This document shows positions 18,346 through 28,294 of a DNA stretch of 64,000 nucleotides, in pieces. The stretch lies in IMG/VR virus record IMGVR_UViG_3300036770_002122, positions 1-64,000 of that record; one strand, written 5' to 3'. The notes under the pieces were generated by a model that was given only the letters and a program-made list of their open reading frames with translations, was not told where the DNA came from and did not search any database. The position numbers and the translations under genes were made by a program. The stretch is from a virus. The first letter of the stretch is position 1, and each line of letters begins with the position of its first letter.

Positions 18346-19341
18346 ATGTTTGCGAATAAAGACCAATTGACTAATTACCTAGTACAAGGGCACTTGCACT
18401 TAAGTAAAAAAGATTATGGGTTTTTTAATAATATCAAAACGATTGTTAATGATAATAAACCTATAACTACGAATCAAGACAAATTATTTAACAAGTTACT
18501 GGTAAAATATCAAAGACAGTTAAACAAATTAGATTTTAATTGCAATGATCTTGCGGCATTGCCCTGGCAAGTTGAATTGATAGAAAGCAAGCAAGACTAT
18601 TTGAACGCACATGTCGTTGTTGATAACGATGTTATTAATATTAGGGCTCCATTTAATAGTAAGTTTATTCAACTATTTCGCAATATACCGTTAAATGAAT
18701 TTATTTGGGACAAGGTCAAAAGAATTTATTCAGCCCCATTAACTACATATCAGTTGCGTATTGCCATTGATACAGTATCTAAATGTTATGAAACGGTTGT
18801 ATACTGTGATAATGTTAAAAACATATTGAAACAGGTAGAGGAATATATCAATATTAAATATTGGCAACCAACACTTGTCAAAATTAATAATAATTTATAT
18901 ATCCTAGCAACTAATCATTCACTAAATGAGGCTATTAAAGATATAGAACTCAAAGAAGATACAAAAACTTTTTATCTACTTAGTCAATATGGTATTACTG
19001 TACATGATGATTTGCTTACTGATGATTGTAAAAAATTCTCAGCAAAATATATAACACAAATAGATGCAGAAAATTTACAAAATTTTAGTGATTACCTACA
19101 ACAACTTAATGTAAAGACTGTTTTTACGTCCAGAGATATTATATATAATAAAGAATTAAGTAATGATTTAAAACTGTCGTTGTTAGAAAAGGGTATAGCA
19201 TGTAGACTTGCTAAAGAAGCGGATAATATTGCTGATGGAGTATTACTAAAAACAATTGTAGGTTATAGCATGCCTTTCGATGATAAAAAATATAATAAAA
19301 TTGTACATTTTACAAATAGCAGGCCTATACACATAAAATGA
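18346..19341 (+). CDS. Hypothetical protein upstream of uvsW
   Basis: 331-aa AT-rich ORF overlapping the uvsW start (ATGA). Confidence 0.7.
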   Translation: MFANKDQLTNYLVQGHLHLSKKDYGFFNNIKTIVNDNKPITTNQDKLFNKLLVKYQRQLNKLDFNCNDLAALPWQVELIESKQDYLNAHVVVDNDVINIRAPFNSKFIQLFRNIPLNEFIWDKVKRIYSAPLTTYQLRIAIDTVSKCYETVVYCDNVKNILKQVEEYINIKYWQPTLVKINNNLYILATNHSLNEAIKDIELKEDTKTFYLLSQYGITVHDDLLTDDCKKFSAKYITQIDAENLQNFSDYLQQLNVKTVFTSRDIIYNKELSNDLKLSLLEKGIACRLAKEADNIADGVLLKTIVGYSMPFDDKKYNKIVHFTNSRPIHIK

Positions 19342-20792
19342 GAGAAGCAAAAATAATAATTAAGGATGAAGTCAATTGCAAGATTGAAGGTCTTGAGTTA
19401 GACTGTCGTAAAGCACTCATGCGTAAATTTGAACATGAGGTTCCCGGCGCAAGATATCTTCCCGCGGTCCGTCTTGGTAGATGGAATGGTAAGGTAAGTT
19501 ATTGTAGTATTGCTGGTAGCACGTATATCAATTTAATTCCAGATATCGTACCCATACTGGAAGAGTATGACTATGATATTGAACTAGTAGACCTGCGCGA
19601 ATACAATACTACTTTTACTTTTAACAAAGTGTCAGAAGATAGTTTTAGTAATAAGTTATGGCCTAAAGGTCATGTCATGGAAGGTCAGCCTATCATGTTG
19701 CGTGACTATCAGGTAGAGATTGTCAATAACTTTTTGAAGAATCCACAATGTATTCAAGAAGTAGCGACTGGTGCAGGTAAGACTATCATGACTGCGGCTC
19801 TATCAAAAAGTATTGAATATTATGGTCGTAGCATAGTCATCGTCCCCAACAAAAGTCTTGTCGTACAGACTGAAGCAGACTACATCAATCTTGGATTAGA
19901 TGTTGGTGTCTATTTCGGTGATCGCAAAGAGTATAACAAGCGTCATACGATATGTACTTGGCAAAGCCTCAACAATCTATTGAAGAATACTAAAGCGGGC
20001 GAAGCAGAAGTCAACATCAAAGAGTTTATTGAGGATGTTATATGTGTCATGGTAGACGAGGTACATATGGCTAAGGCTGACGCACTTAAACAATTGTTAA
20101 CGGGGCCATTCAGTCATATTCCTATACGTTGGGGATTAACTGGAACTATTCCTAAATCTGCATACGAACAAGTATCATTGCTTGTAAGTTTGGGTCCTGT
20201 TATTGGTAAGTTGAGTGCAGCCGAACTACAAGAGAAGGGCGTATTGGCACAATGCCATGTTAACATCATACAAATGCGTGATGGTGTAGAATTTACTAAC
20301 TATCAAAGCGAACTTAAACATCTATTAGAAGATGAAAAGCGATTAGATAAAATAGCCCAACTAGTTGATAAAATTAAAGATAGTGGTAACACGTTGATAC
20401 TTGTTGATCGCGTCAATGCCGGTCGTGAACTTGTATCACGATTGAAAGATAGCGTATTCATTAGTGGTGAAACAAAACTGACTGAGCGCAAAGAAGAATA
20501 CGATGAAGTCAAGACCAGCGACAATAAAGTTATTGTTGCAACATATGGTGTTGCTGCTGTGGGTATCAACATTCCGCGCATCTTTAATCTTGTATTGATT
20601 GAACCGGGCAAAAGTTTTGTCCGCGTTATTCAAAGCATTGGTCGAGGCATTCGTAAGGCGGAAGATAAAGAACACGTAATGATTTGGGACATTACTAGCG
20701 ATTGTAAGTTTGCCAAACGTCACTTGACACAGCGTAAAGCATATTATAAGGAAGCAAAATATCCATTTAGTCAAGAAAAACTTGACTATTGA
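19338..20792 (+). CDS. uvsW: SF2 DNA helicase (UvsW-like)
   Basis: LRDYQ, ATGAGKT, VDEVH, GLTGT, QSIGRGIR. Confidence 0.92.
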   Translation: MREAKIIIKDEVNCKIEGLELDCRKALMRKFEHEVPGARYLPAVRLGRWNGKVSYCSIAGSTYINLIPDIVPILEEYDYDIELVDLREYNTTFTFNKVSEDSFSNKLWPKGHVMEGQPIMLRDYQVEIVNNFLKNPQCIQEVATGAGKTIMTAALSKSIEYYGRSIVIVPNKSLVVQTEADYINLGLDVGVYFGDRKEYNKRHTICTWQSLNNLLKNTKAGEAEVNIKEFIEDVICVMVDEVHMAKADALKQLLTGPFSHIPIRWGLTGTIPKSAYEQVSLLVSLGPVIGKLSAAELQEKGVLAQCHVNIIQMRDGVEFTNYQSELKHLLEDEKRLDKIAQLVDKIKDSGNTLILVDRVNAGRELVSRLKDSVFISGETKLTERKEEYDEVKTSDNKVIVATYGVAAVGINIPRIFNLVLIEPGKSFVRVIQSIGRGIRKAEDKEHVMIWDITSDCKFAKRHLTQRKAYYKEAKYPFSQEKLDY

Positions 20793-20816
20793 AAATAACT
20801 GTAGTAAAATTACAAC

Positions 20817-21317
20817 ATGCGTATATTAACATTAGAAAACAAATATTACAATTTAGAAACGTTACCAGATGAAATTGATGACTTACGTTTTGCTATACTG
20901 GATAACAGTAATCCGCAGAATGTAGACTATCACTATATTCCATTAATCTTTTTGGAATCATTTAATGCCCCTGCGCTTGTATTGAAGATTGGCAATCGCA
21001 ATATCAAGATGCCACTAGATTGGCAAGTATTGATTGGTGAAAAAGAACACGGTGACTTAGAAACATTGCCATTGAGTAGTTTGAATGATCGCGGGTTCAG
21101 TGCGTTTGAATTTAATCCATTAAGCGCATTCAATCCTAGTTTCTTACCAATCGAAATCGTAGATATCTATCACGATGTAACTTGGTATGCTCCAAGACTA
21201 CGTAACGGGCAGTTCTTGTGTGTACCAATCGACGATGGTGAAAAGCCCCGCTGTGTTTATTTCGTCAAAGAGATAAGCCGCAACTGTGAGATCGTTGACT
21301 ACAATCAAGTATTCTGA
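20817..21317 (+). CDS. Hypothetical protein, possible degenerate Hint fold
   Basis: 166-aa beta-rich ORF with its own sigma70 promoter (TTGACT-N17-TAAAAT). Confidence 0.65.
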   Translation: MRILTLENKYYNLETLPDEIDDLRFAILDNSNPQNVDYHYIPLIFLESFNAPALVLKIGNRNIKMPLDWQVLIGEKEHGDLETLPLSSLNDRGFSAFEFNPLSAFNPSFLPIEIVDIYHDVTWYAPRLRNGQFLCVPIDDGEKPRCVYFVKEISRNCEIVDYNQVF

Positions 21318-21327
21318 GGAATAAAAT

Positions 21328-21618
21328 ATGAAAAGGTTTTATCGTTGGTTAGGTAGAAATATTAGAAAAGTATTGAATGAAGAGATTATGGAAGTAAAAG
21401 CACAAGATATGATCACTTCAGCGTCAAAAACTTCTGGTGTAGGTGGTCATGGTATGAACTTTACTGTTCATCGTGCTGATGGTGGATACGTTATTGAGCA
21501 AAGAACATATCACAAAAAAACTGAGCATTATGAACACCATCTACATATCGTTACAGACGATAAAGATTTAGGTGAAGAACTTGCTAAGATCATCACATTC
21601 ACTAATCTACGATCATGA
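21328..21618 (+). CDS. Hypothetical protein
   Basis: 96-aa ORF with GAGGA RBS. Confidence 0.65.
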   Translation: MKRFYRWLGRNIRKVLNEEIMEVKAQDMITSASKTSGVGGHGMNFTVHRADGGYVIEQRTYHKKTEHYEHHLHIVTDDKDLGEELAKIITFTNLRS

Positions 21619-21794
21619 AGTATGGTGTAAAAGTTTATTGGCCTGACGGTGACTTTTTATGGGTAACTGAGGGCGATAGCAAGTTTCAAATGCAACCTAA
21701 ACTGTTTGAAACGGAACAAGAAGCACTTGACTATGCTCAGATTTGGGGCGAGAATGCAGTAGTAGAATTGTATGGCGAAAGCAAAGACACCTGA
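21615..21794 (+). CDS. Small hypothetical protein (59 aa, not in the ORF track)
   Basis: ATGA overlap with the upstream stop; reads MKYGVKVYWPDGDFLWV...YGESKDT* and fills the gap. Confidence 0.6.
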   Translation: MKYGVKVYWPDGDFLWVTEGDSKFQMQPKLFETEQEALDYAQIWGENAVVELYGESKDT

Positions 21795-22359
21795 AGATGA
21801 AAAACTAGACAAGCAAGACTTTGACTTGTTTGAAGCACTTAATGCCATTGATCGTAAAGATTATGAATATTATGACAGGCTATCAGAGGAACAAAAACAA
21901 AAATTCAATCCCTACATGCTTGTTATTTTTATGAGCAGTGTTTCTGGACGTATGGAATTGCAGCAGTACCACTTGTTAAGCACCAATGAATTCAGTAACA
22001 AGTATATGTTTGATGAGCGTATTCAAGATCATCCTAAACTACAATGGATGATGCTATGCGCTAGCGGGTTGGGAAAAGGTAAACAATTTCATAATTACAT
22101 ACCTTCAATTAAAGATAATGTAGCAGCATTAAAAGAAAAAGCAACAATCAAAGATACTAAAGAGTATTATAAAAAAATCTATAAAAATGCTAGCGATCAG
22201 GATATTACTGAAATTGCAAAAATTTACGTTGAATTACAAAACAGAAAATACACCTTAGCAAAAAAGTTTCCTGAATTAAAGTTAGTAGATATTGATGCAT
22301 TAAGCCAAATAGTAACAGATGATGATATACTTAAATATGAAGCAGAGTGCGGTAACTAA
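21772..22359 (+). CDS. Clamp-loader small subunit-like protein (T4 gp62-like)
   Basis: FEALNAIDRKD and KFNPYML pattern, helical, in the replication cluster. Confidence 0.55.
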   Translation: MAKAKTPEDEKLDKQDFDLFEALNAIDRKDYEYYDRLSEEQKQKFNPYMLVIFMSSVSGRMELQQYHLLSTNEFSNKYMFDERIQDHPKLQWMMLCASGLGKGKQFHNYIPSIKDNVAALKEKATIKDTKEYYKKIYKNASDQDITEIAKIYVELQNRKYTLAKKFPELKLVDIDALSQIVTDDDILKYEAECGN

Positions 22360-23026
22360 ACACCTGTGTGAATTTTGCGGCAAAAGTTTTATTAAAGAAA
22401 CTACCATTGCCAAACATCTTTGTGAAACTAAACGCAGATGGCAAAGTCGAGACCATCATGGTTCTAGAATTGGATATACTACTTGGATTCAATTTTATAA
22501 TAAACATTCTAATAAAAAGAAAAAAGAGTATTCTGATTTTATAACTTCAGCATATTATACAGCATTTGTAAAATTTGGTAATTATTGTATTGATGCACAG
22601 GTATTGAATGTACCCAGATATGTAGATTGGTTATTAAAGAATCAAATAAGCGTTGATACATGGAATAAAGATAGTAACTATACTAAATTCATAATTGATT
22701 ATTTAAAGACTGAAGATCCCTTTGATGCGATAGCACGTAGTATAGAAACTACGGTAGTATTAGCACAAGAGGATAAAATACAAACTAAAGATGTGTTACG
22801 TTATGGTAATCGTAATAAAATTTGTTATGAAGTTACAAAGGGCAAAATAAGTCCATGGATGCTATATCATAGTAAGAGTGGACTAGAGTTTATTGAAAGC
22901 CTGAATGTAACGCAAGAAAAAATGATATTTGATTATATTAATCCAGAGCAATGGGCTATTAAATTTACAAAATCAAAAAATTTAATTCCAGAAATAAAGG
23001 AGTTGTTACATGCCGGTGGTTATTGA
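22337..23026 (+). CDS. Hypothetical protein with N-terminal Zn finger
   Basis: CEFCGKSF...HLC; start uncertain (ORF open from 22319). Confidence 0.65.
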   Translation: MKQSAVTKHLCEFCGKSFIKETTIAKHLCETKRRWQSRDHHGSRIGYTTWIQFYNKHSNKKKKEYSDFITSAYYTAFVKFGNYCIDAQVLNVPRYVDWLLKNQISVDTWNKDSNYTKFIIDYLKTEDPFDAIARSIETTVVLAQEDKIQTKDVLRYGNRNKICYEVTKGKISPWMLYHSKSGLEFIESLNVTQEKMIFDYINPEQWAIKFTKSKNLIPEIKELLHAGGY

Positions 23027-23216
23027 TGATAATAAATATCGCGTAAGAATACATTGGCAAAATTATAATCAAAACTGGAATGAGATTTGCGCAGTTGCAG
23101 TAGAGTACTTTGGATTACCCGGTGAAAAATTTAGTACAAATATTTGCATGGATTATATGGATTTTTGTTTTAAGGAAGAAACTGATGCTATTTGGTTTAG
23201 TCTAAAAGTAGAATGA
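23010..23216 (+). CDS. Small hypothetical protein (recurrent small family)
   Basis: AGGAG RBS; C-terminal FKEETDAIWFSLK. Confidence 0.6.
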   Translation: MPVVIDDNKYRVRIHWQNYNQNWNEICAVAVEYFGLPGEKFSTNICMDYMDFCFKEETDAIWFSLKVE

Positions 23217-23923
23217 AAGAAATAAAAGACAAATTAGAATTAGGAGAAGGATATGTAATTCTTCCTGGGTTTATACCCTCATTGTTAATTGCTGATTATA
23301 AGTCAATACTTAAAGACTTACATCCTGTACGTGCCAGCAGCAGTAAGAAAGTATATGCTGAACGTGACGATATCAAGAACCTAGAAGATATCAGTGTATG
23401 GTGGAGTCAAACTGTACACGATTATAAACCTTTTCAATCAATCAAAAAACTTGTCGATCCACTAATACAAAACAATTTTACTAACCTTACATTCTATGCT
23501 AGCGATACTGTTACTATCAATCCCGGCAGTCAATGGTTAAGCCCTCACGTAGATACTCCCCATAGATTTAATAAATGGAATTTTGATAAACGACTATTAG
23601 GTATTCAATGTATTATCACACTAGAAGATGTGAACAAAAATAACGCTGCTACAGGTTTAGTTCCATTTAGTCAAAAACGTGATTTTGAAATTAGTAAATG
23701 CTATGAAGGTGCATATGACAGATGGTTTACAGAAAATTGTAAACAACATGATATGCCTAAAGGAACATTACTCATCTACAATTGCAGAGTGTTACACAGC
23801 AGTATGCCTAACAATACAAACAACGCACGTTCAGCACTATTGCTCAATTATCTACATAAAAATATTATTGATGAAGTTAGTAAAGTAGATAACGTCTGGA
23901 GTAGCAATGGCAAACATCCCTAA
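23213..23923 (+). CDS. PhyH-family Fe(II)/2-oxoglutarate dioxygenase
   Basis: HxD (PHVD), distal His (LHSS) and Arg (ARSAL); GTLLIYN pattern. Confidence 0.8.
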   Translation: MKEIKDKLELGEGYVILPGFIPSLLIADYKSILKDLHPVRASSSKKVYAERDDIKNLEDISVWWSQTVHDYKPFQSIKKLVDPLIQNNFTNLTFYASDTVTINPGSQWLSPHVDTPHRFNKWNFDKRLLGIQCIITLEDVNKNNAATGLVPFSQKRDFEISKCYEGAYDRWFTENCKQHDMPKGTLLIYNCRVLHSSMPNNTNNARSALLLNYLHKNIIDEVSKVDNVWSSNGKHP

Positions 23924-24182
23924 AGATTTTCAAGATTATGATGACGATGATGCTGATATTGAGAAGCGAAAGAACCGCTGGAAATATTGGACTAACTTAA
24001 AAAATCTAAAATTAGAATTTAGACAAGAAACGGGCAGCAGAGATCATAAAGAATACATGAAATGGTTAGTAAACAAATATGGGTTTAGACCAAAAGAAAA
24101 TATTGAAGGTATGCTCAGTGATGACTATGAAGTACTTGACGAAAAGAAATTTTTAGTGTATATTCTTAAATATGGCCAATGA
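23907..24182 (+). CDS. Small hypothetical protein
   Basis: GGAG RBS; C-terminal YEVLDEKKFLVYILKY. Confidence 0.65.
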   Translation: MANIPKDFQDYDDDDADIEKRKNRWKYWTNLKNLKLEFRQETGSRDHKEYMKWLVNKYGFRPKENIEGMLSDDYEVLDEKKFLVYILKYGQ

Positions 24183-24720
24183 TATCATGATTGATATGGA
24201 AACACTGGACACAAGTCCCTATTGTGTTATCCTTACTATTGGGTGCGTAAGATTTGACCCCTATGGTAGTGGCGTAGTAGAACGATTAGAGTTACGTCCC
24301 ACTATTGAAGAACAAACAGAAAAATACAATCGTGTTATCAACGATGACACACTACGCTGGTGGGGTGAACAAAGTCCAGAAGCACTTGAAGAAGCAATGA
24401 GTGATCGTGATAGAATTAGTTTTACTGACTGTTTAGAACAACTATATAAGTTTGGTTGGAATCGCAGAGCAGTATGGAGCAATGGTGCAGCGTTTGACGT
24501 TGTAGTAGCAGAGACAGCCTTTAGACAAGTATTTACTGATAAACCTAATCCTATACCTTGGCCATTCTATACTGTGCGTGATACACGCACTCTTTACGAA
24601 CTGGCCGGGGTTAAATTAAAAGACGGCGGACATGTTACTAGCCACAAAGCAGTAGATGACGCAGAACGTCAAGCCATAGTAGTACAAAAGGCATATAGTA
24701 AACTAGGTCTAACACGGTGA
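24172..24720 (+). CDS. DEDDh 3'-5' exonuclease
   Basis: ExoI IMIDMETL, ExoII WSNGAAFD, ExoIII HKAVDDA. Confidence 0.88.
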   Translation: MANDIMIDMETLDTSPYCVILTIGCVRFDPYGSGVVERLELRPTIEEQTEKYNRVINDDTLRWWGEQSPEALEEAMSDRDRISFTDCLEQLYKFGWNRRAVWSNGAAFDVVVAETAFRQVFTDKPNPIPWPFYTVRDTRTLYELAGVKLKDGGHVTSHKAVDDAERQAIVVQKAYSKLGLTR

Positions 24721-24971
24721 AAGCGATACGCAGACACGTATTACCATATCGTAATTACCGACAAATGTTAAAATGGCTTTGTGATAATATACAAGAAAAT
24801 TATTATCCAGATGGTAGCAAATATAATAGTAGTACTGTAAGTCAATTTATAGAATGGCGTAGCAAAGATCGTGAGAGTTGGGTGTTTAGAATAGTTGGAA
24901 ATCCACCTAAATGCTTAGTCGAGATTATTGACGAAGAAAAAGAAATATTATTTTTATTAGCATGGCAATGA
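24717..24971 (+). CDS. Small hypothetical protein
   Basis: GTGA overlap; C-terminal IIDEEKEILFLLAW. Confidence 0.55.
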   Translation: MKAIRRHVLPYRNYRQMLKWLCDNIQENYYPDGSKYNSSTVSQFIEWRSKDRESWVFRIVGNPPKCLVEIIDEEKEILFLLAWQ

Positions 24972-25540
24972 AGTTTAATAGTGATATTGATATTGATTTG
25001 GGAGATAGAGATAAAATATTATCTTTAATATCTCACACCAAAGCCAGTATACGTAAACAAGATATACGTAAGCATAACACTGGGATATACGTAACAGATA
25101 TTCCATACGATCCCATAAATGATATGTCATCACTTCATTACGAAGATGCTGAAAATAGGGGTTATATAAAGTTAGATTTACTTAACGTTCACGTATATAA
25201 TATGGTTCGTGATGAAAATCATTTAGTATCTTTGATGCGCGATCCAGATTGGAATAAATTAAAAGATAAAAACTTTGTTGAACAGTTAATACATTTGAGT
25301 AACCATTATAATCAAATACAAACTATGCCGGAACCTATAGATAGTATACCAAGACTAGCAATGTTTCTTGCTATTATTCGTCCCGGTAAAAAACATTTGA
25401 TAGGTAAAAGATGGAAAGAAGTAGCAGAGACGGTATGGGAAAAAGATGCTAGTGGCTATAGTTTTAAAAAATCACATAGTATAGCCTACGCACAACTAGT
25501 TGTAGTACATATGAATTTATTGGTGGAAAATGGAAATTAA
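24962..25540 (+). CDS. Miniature family-C (DnaE-like) DNA polymerase catalytic core
   Basis: DIDID, KHNTGIYV, GYIKLDLL, AIIRPG and GYSFKKSHSIAYA, all in DnaE order within about 190 aa. Confidence 0.8.
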   Translation: MAMKFNSDIDIDLGDRDKILSLISHTKASIRKQDIRKHNTGIYVTDIPYDPINDMSSLHYEDAENRGYIKLDLLNVHVYNMVRDENHLVSLMRDPDWNKLKDKNFVEQLIHLSNHYNQIQTMPEPIDSIPRLAMFLAIIRPGKKHLIGKRWKEVAETVWEKDASGYSFKKSHSIAYAQLVVVHMNLLVENGN

Positions 25541-26027
25541 ATTAGTAAAAGAAAATGATCAAGTGTTGAGAGAAGTTGCGACCCACTGGGATTTCAACTC
25601 TGATGGAGATCCTACCGAACTGATTCGTCATATGGCTAAAACAATGATGGAAAATAATGGTATAGGATTAGCCGCACCCCAAGTAGGAATATCAAAAAGA
25701 TTATTTGTTATGGGTAATGAGCAACGATTATATGCATGTATAAATCCTGAAATTATAGAGGGAACAGGTGAATATATGGACCAAGAAGGATGCTTAAGTT
25801 TTCCTGATTTGTGGTTACATGTAAAACGTTATGAGAAAGTAAAAGTAAAATATTATAATGCATTAGGTGAAGAAATTGTATCAGAGTTTGACGGAATAAT
25901 AGGTAGAGTTTTCCAACATGAAAGAGACCATTTGGACGGAGTTTGTTTTGATACTAAAGTTGGAAAGTTAAGTCTAGAAATGGCTAAAAACAGACGTAAG
26001 AAAAGATTAAGGAAATCTTTTTACTAA
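25530..26027 (+). CDS. def: Peptide deformylase
   Basis: GIGLAAPQVG, EGCLS, QHERDHLDG. Confidence 0.95.
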   Translation: MEIKLVKENDQVLREVATHWDFNSDGDPTELIRHMAKTMMENNGIGLAAPQVGISKRLFVMGNEQRLYACINPEIIEGTGEYMDQEGCLSFPDLWLHVKRYEKVKVKYYNALGEEIVSEFDGIIGRVFQHERDHLDGVCFDTKVGKLSLEMAKNRRKKRLRKSFY

Positions 26028-26390
26028 TGTAATACTTTTTCTTTTCGTCCTGCGCTTATTTAATTCGCTTAAACAGACAATTGGACCATGAAGAATAGTC
26101 AAATTCTTATTATTAAATGTTTTTAAATAGGGCTTAAAGGGAGTCCATTCTTGCTTTAAAAAGATGTTAATTGGAATTTGACGGTTACTTTCCCACCACC
26201 AAACTTCCCCCAATTCTAAAAAAAGTTCCTTGGTTTTCGTGTCTGCTATCGAACCATAGTCATATATGCTGGTACATTGGTCGTCACGGTTTTGAACTAT
26301 ACCCACATAATCTTGTCCGGCAAATGATAATATCGTTATAAAAGGATGATTATCACTTAATTTTTTAAAGAAGTCTTTAGCAATCGTCAT
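26007..26390 (-). CDS. Hypothetical protein
   Basis: 127-aa ORF; TATAAATA 7 nt upstream on the minus strand. Confidence 0.7.
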   Translation of the reverse strand: MTIAKDFFKKLSDNHPFITILSFAGQDYVGIVQNRDDQCTSIYDYGSIADTKTKELFLELGEVWWWESNRQIPINIFLKQEWTPFKPYLKTFNNKNLTILHGPIVCLSELNKRRTKRKSITLVKRFP

Positions 26391-26397
26391 TGATTAT

Positions 26398-26448
26398 TAT
26401 TTATAATTGGGTAGCCATAAAAATATTTTATTTTTATACTAATAAATA
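26398..26448. promoter_or_regulatory. Divergent late promoters
   Basis: TATAAATA on minus (26398-26405); TAAATA on plus (26443-26448). Confidence 0.65.
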
Positions 26449-26467
26449 CAATTAGGAGAGACAATCT

Positions 26468-27268
26468 GTGACAGTTACAAATGTAGGATATTCAACAGCA
26501 GCATTTATTTTTACACAACGTCAGATTGTCGTCCTATTATCAGGAAACAGTCCGAGGGCCTTTATGCCAGTATATGCTAAAACAATGATGCTACACAAAG
26601 GGGTAGACAACAAATTACAGTTTCAGTTCTTGAACCAAGAGCAGAAACCAGTCGATATTACAGGCAAAAACATCATTTGCCGTATTTTAAACTATGACGG
26701 GACTGAAGTATTAATTCGTAAAGGTTTAACATTAGAGTTACCATTGACTGGTATTGCTTATCTTCAACTCAACGCAGCAGAGATAGAAGATATTCCAGCA
26801 CAGATGTGTCATTATAGTCTTGAAATACCAGTAGGAGAATTTGGATATCCTGTATTTGTCGATCCGGCAGCAGGGGCCAGAGGTCAAATCAATATAGTTA
26901 ATAGTGTACTTCCAAGTTTTGTTCCTAGTGAAGAAGTTACTATTCCTACCGGGCAACCATTCCCTAATTTAGACAGCAACAATAGTATTGAAAACGTGTT
27001 GCCAAATGCCAATACATATTACAGTTCAGTAATTAATACTAACGATAATCCTATATTGACAATACAGGCACACTTGCATGAATTTAATGGTGAGGTTGCT
27101 ATAGAAGGAACCTTTAGTAGTAGTTTGACAGATTGGTATCCCATTACCTCAGAAGAATATTTAGAAACAACTGAGACAGTTGGATACACAGTAAAGGGAT
27201 TTCACCCATTTATAAGAATGTCATTCACTAGTAATACAGGTGTGGTATCAAATATTTTGGCAAGATAA
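26468..27268 (+). CDS. Virion structural protein (BppU-N-like beta sandwich)
   Basis: LQFQFLNQEQKPVDITG pattern; late promoter; AGGAG RBS with GTG start. Confidence 0.55.
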   Translation: MTVTNVGYSTAAFIFTQRQIVVLLSGNSPRAFMPVYAKTMMLHKGVDNKLQFQFLNQEQKPVDITGKNIICRILNYDGTEVLIRKGLTLELPLTGIAYLQLNAAEIEDIPAQMCHYSLEIPVGEFGYPVFVDPAAGARGQINIVNSVLPSFVPSEEVTIPTGQPFPNLDSNNSIENVLPNANTYYSSVINTNDNPILTIQAHLHEFNGEVAIEGTFSSSLTDWYPITSEEYLETTETVGYTVKGFHPFIRMSFTSNTGVVSNILAR

Positions 27269-27316
27269 ATTACCAATAGTCTTTGTTTTTTCGCAACACT
27301 TTGTTATAATTACTGA

Positions 27317-28294
27317 GTGTTTGATATTCTTCAACTGATTCCAGGCAAGAAAAAAGTTACGCAGAGCGGATGGCAAAGTTTCAACGCTGTCTGTTGCCAG
27401 TACCGTGGTCATAAAGCCGATAGACGAAGCCGCGGTGGTATTAAATTTGACGGAGAAAACTGGAGTTATCATTGTTTCAATTGCGGTTTCAAATGTAATT
27501 TTACATTGGGACGCACTATCAGTAAAAATACAAGAACTTTGTTATCTTACTGTGGATTAGATAAAGATGATATAAACAAATATAGTTTAGAAAGTTTACA
27601 ACATAAAGACTTATTAGATTTTGTAAAGGTTACCCGAGAAAAGAAAAAAATTAAATTTAAAGAAATGCATCTGCCTGATGCTGAACTTATAGATGTTAAT
27701 AATCCTAAACACAAAATCTATGTTGATTACTTAACTAAAAGAAAAGTTGATATAACTAGTTATCCTTTTATGTGTACCCCAGATATGGAAGGACGACAAT
27801 CAAATCGTGTAATCATACCCTACACATATGAAAATAAAATAGTGGGACACACTAGTAGGTACTTAGATGATCGCACACCAAAATTTATCAATGAACAGCA
27901 GCAAGGATTTGTATTTGGTATTGATTTACAAAAACCAGAATATAATGTTTGTATTGTAGTAGAAGGTATATTTGACGCATTAAGCATTAATGGTTGCGCA
28001 CTTACGCATAATACTATAAGTGAGCAGCAAGCAGAAATTATAAAAAATTTGAATAAAAAGGTTATTGTAGTTCCTGACCAAGATAAAACAGGATTACAAA
28101 TATGTGATAGAGCATTAGATTTGGGTTTTTATGTCAGTATTCCTAATTGGGAAGATGATGTAAAGGATGTAAACGACGCCGTAATAAAATATGGAAAAGT
28201 CGCTACATTACTAAGTATCTTACAGTCAGCAACGAACAGTAAGATCAAAGTAGAAGTAAAGAGGAAACAACTTGATAAACGACTACAACATTGA
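27317..28294 (+). CDS. DNA primase (T4 gp61-like)
   Basis: Zn-binding region (CC...HCFNCG), TOPRIM motifs VVEGIFD and PDQD; precedes the helicase. Confidence 0.9.
   Translation: MFDILQLIPGKKKVTQSGWQSFNAVCCQYRGHKADRRSRGGIKFDGENWSYHCFNCGFKCNFTLGRTISKNTRTLLSYCGLDKDDINKYSLESLQHKDLLDFVKVTREKKKIKFKEMHLPDAELIDVNNPKHKIYVDYLTKRKVDITSYPFMCTPDMEGRQSNRVIIPYTYENKIVGHTSRYLDDRTPKFINEQQQGFVFGIDLQKPEYNVCIVVEGIFDALSINGCALTHNTISEQQAEIIKNLNKKVIVVPDQDKTGLQICDRALDLGFYVSIPNWEDDVKDVNDAVIKYGKVATLLSILQSATNSKIKVEVKRKQLDKRLQH

Noticed and set aside
24962-25540. Split-intein or intron-interrupted dnaE
   Set aside because: No intein termini or intron-sized gap; motifs from distant parts of DnaE are compressed within one ORF and the flanks are unrelated genes
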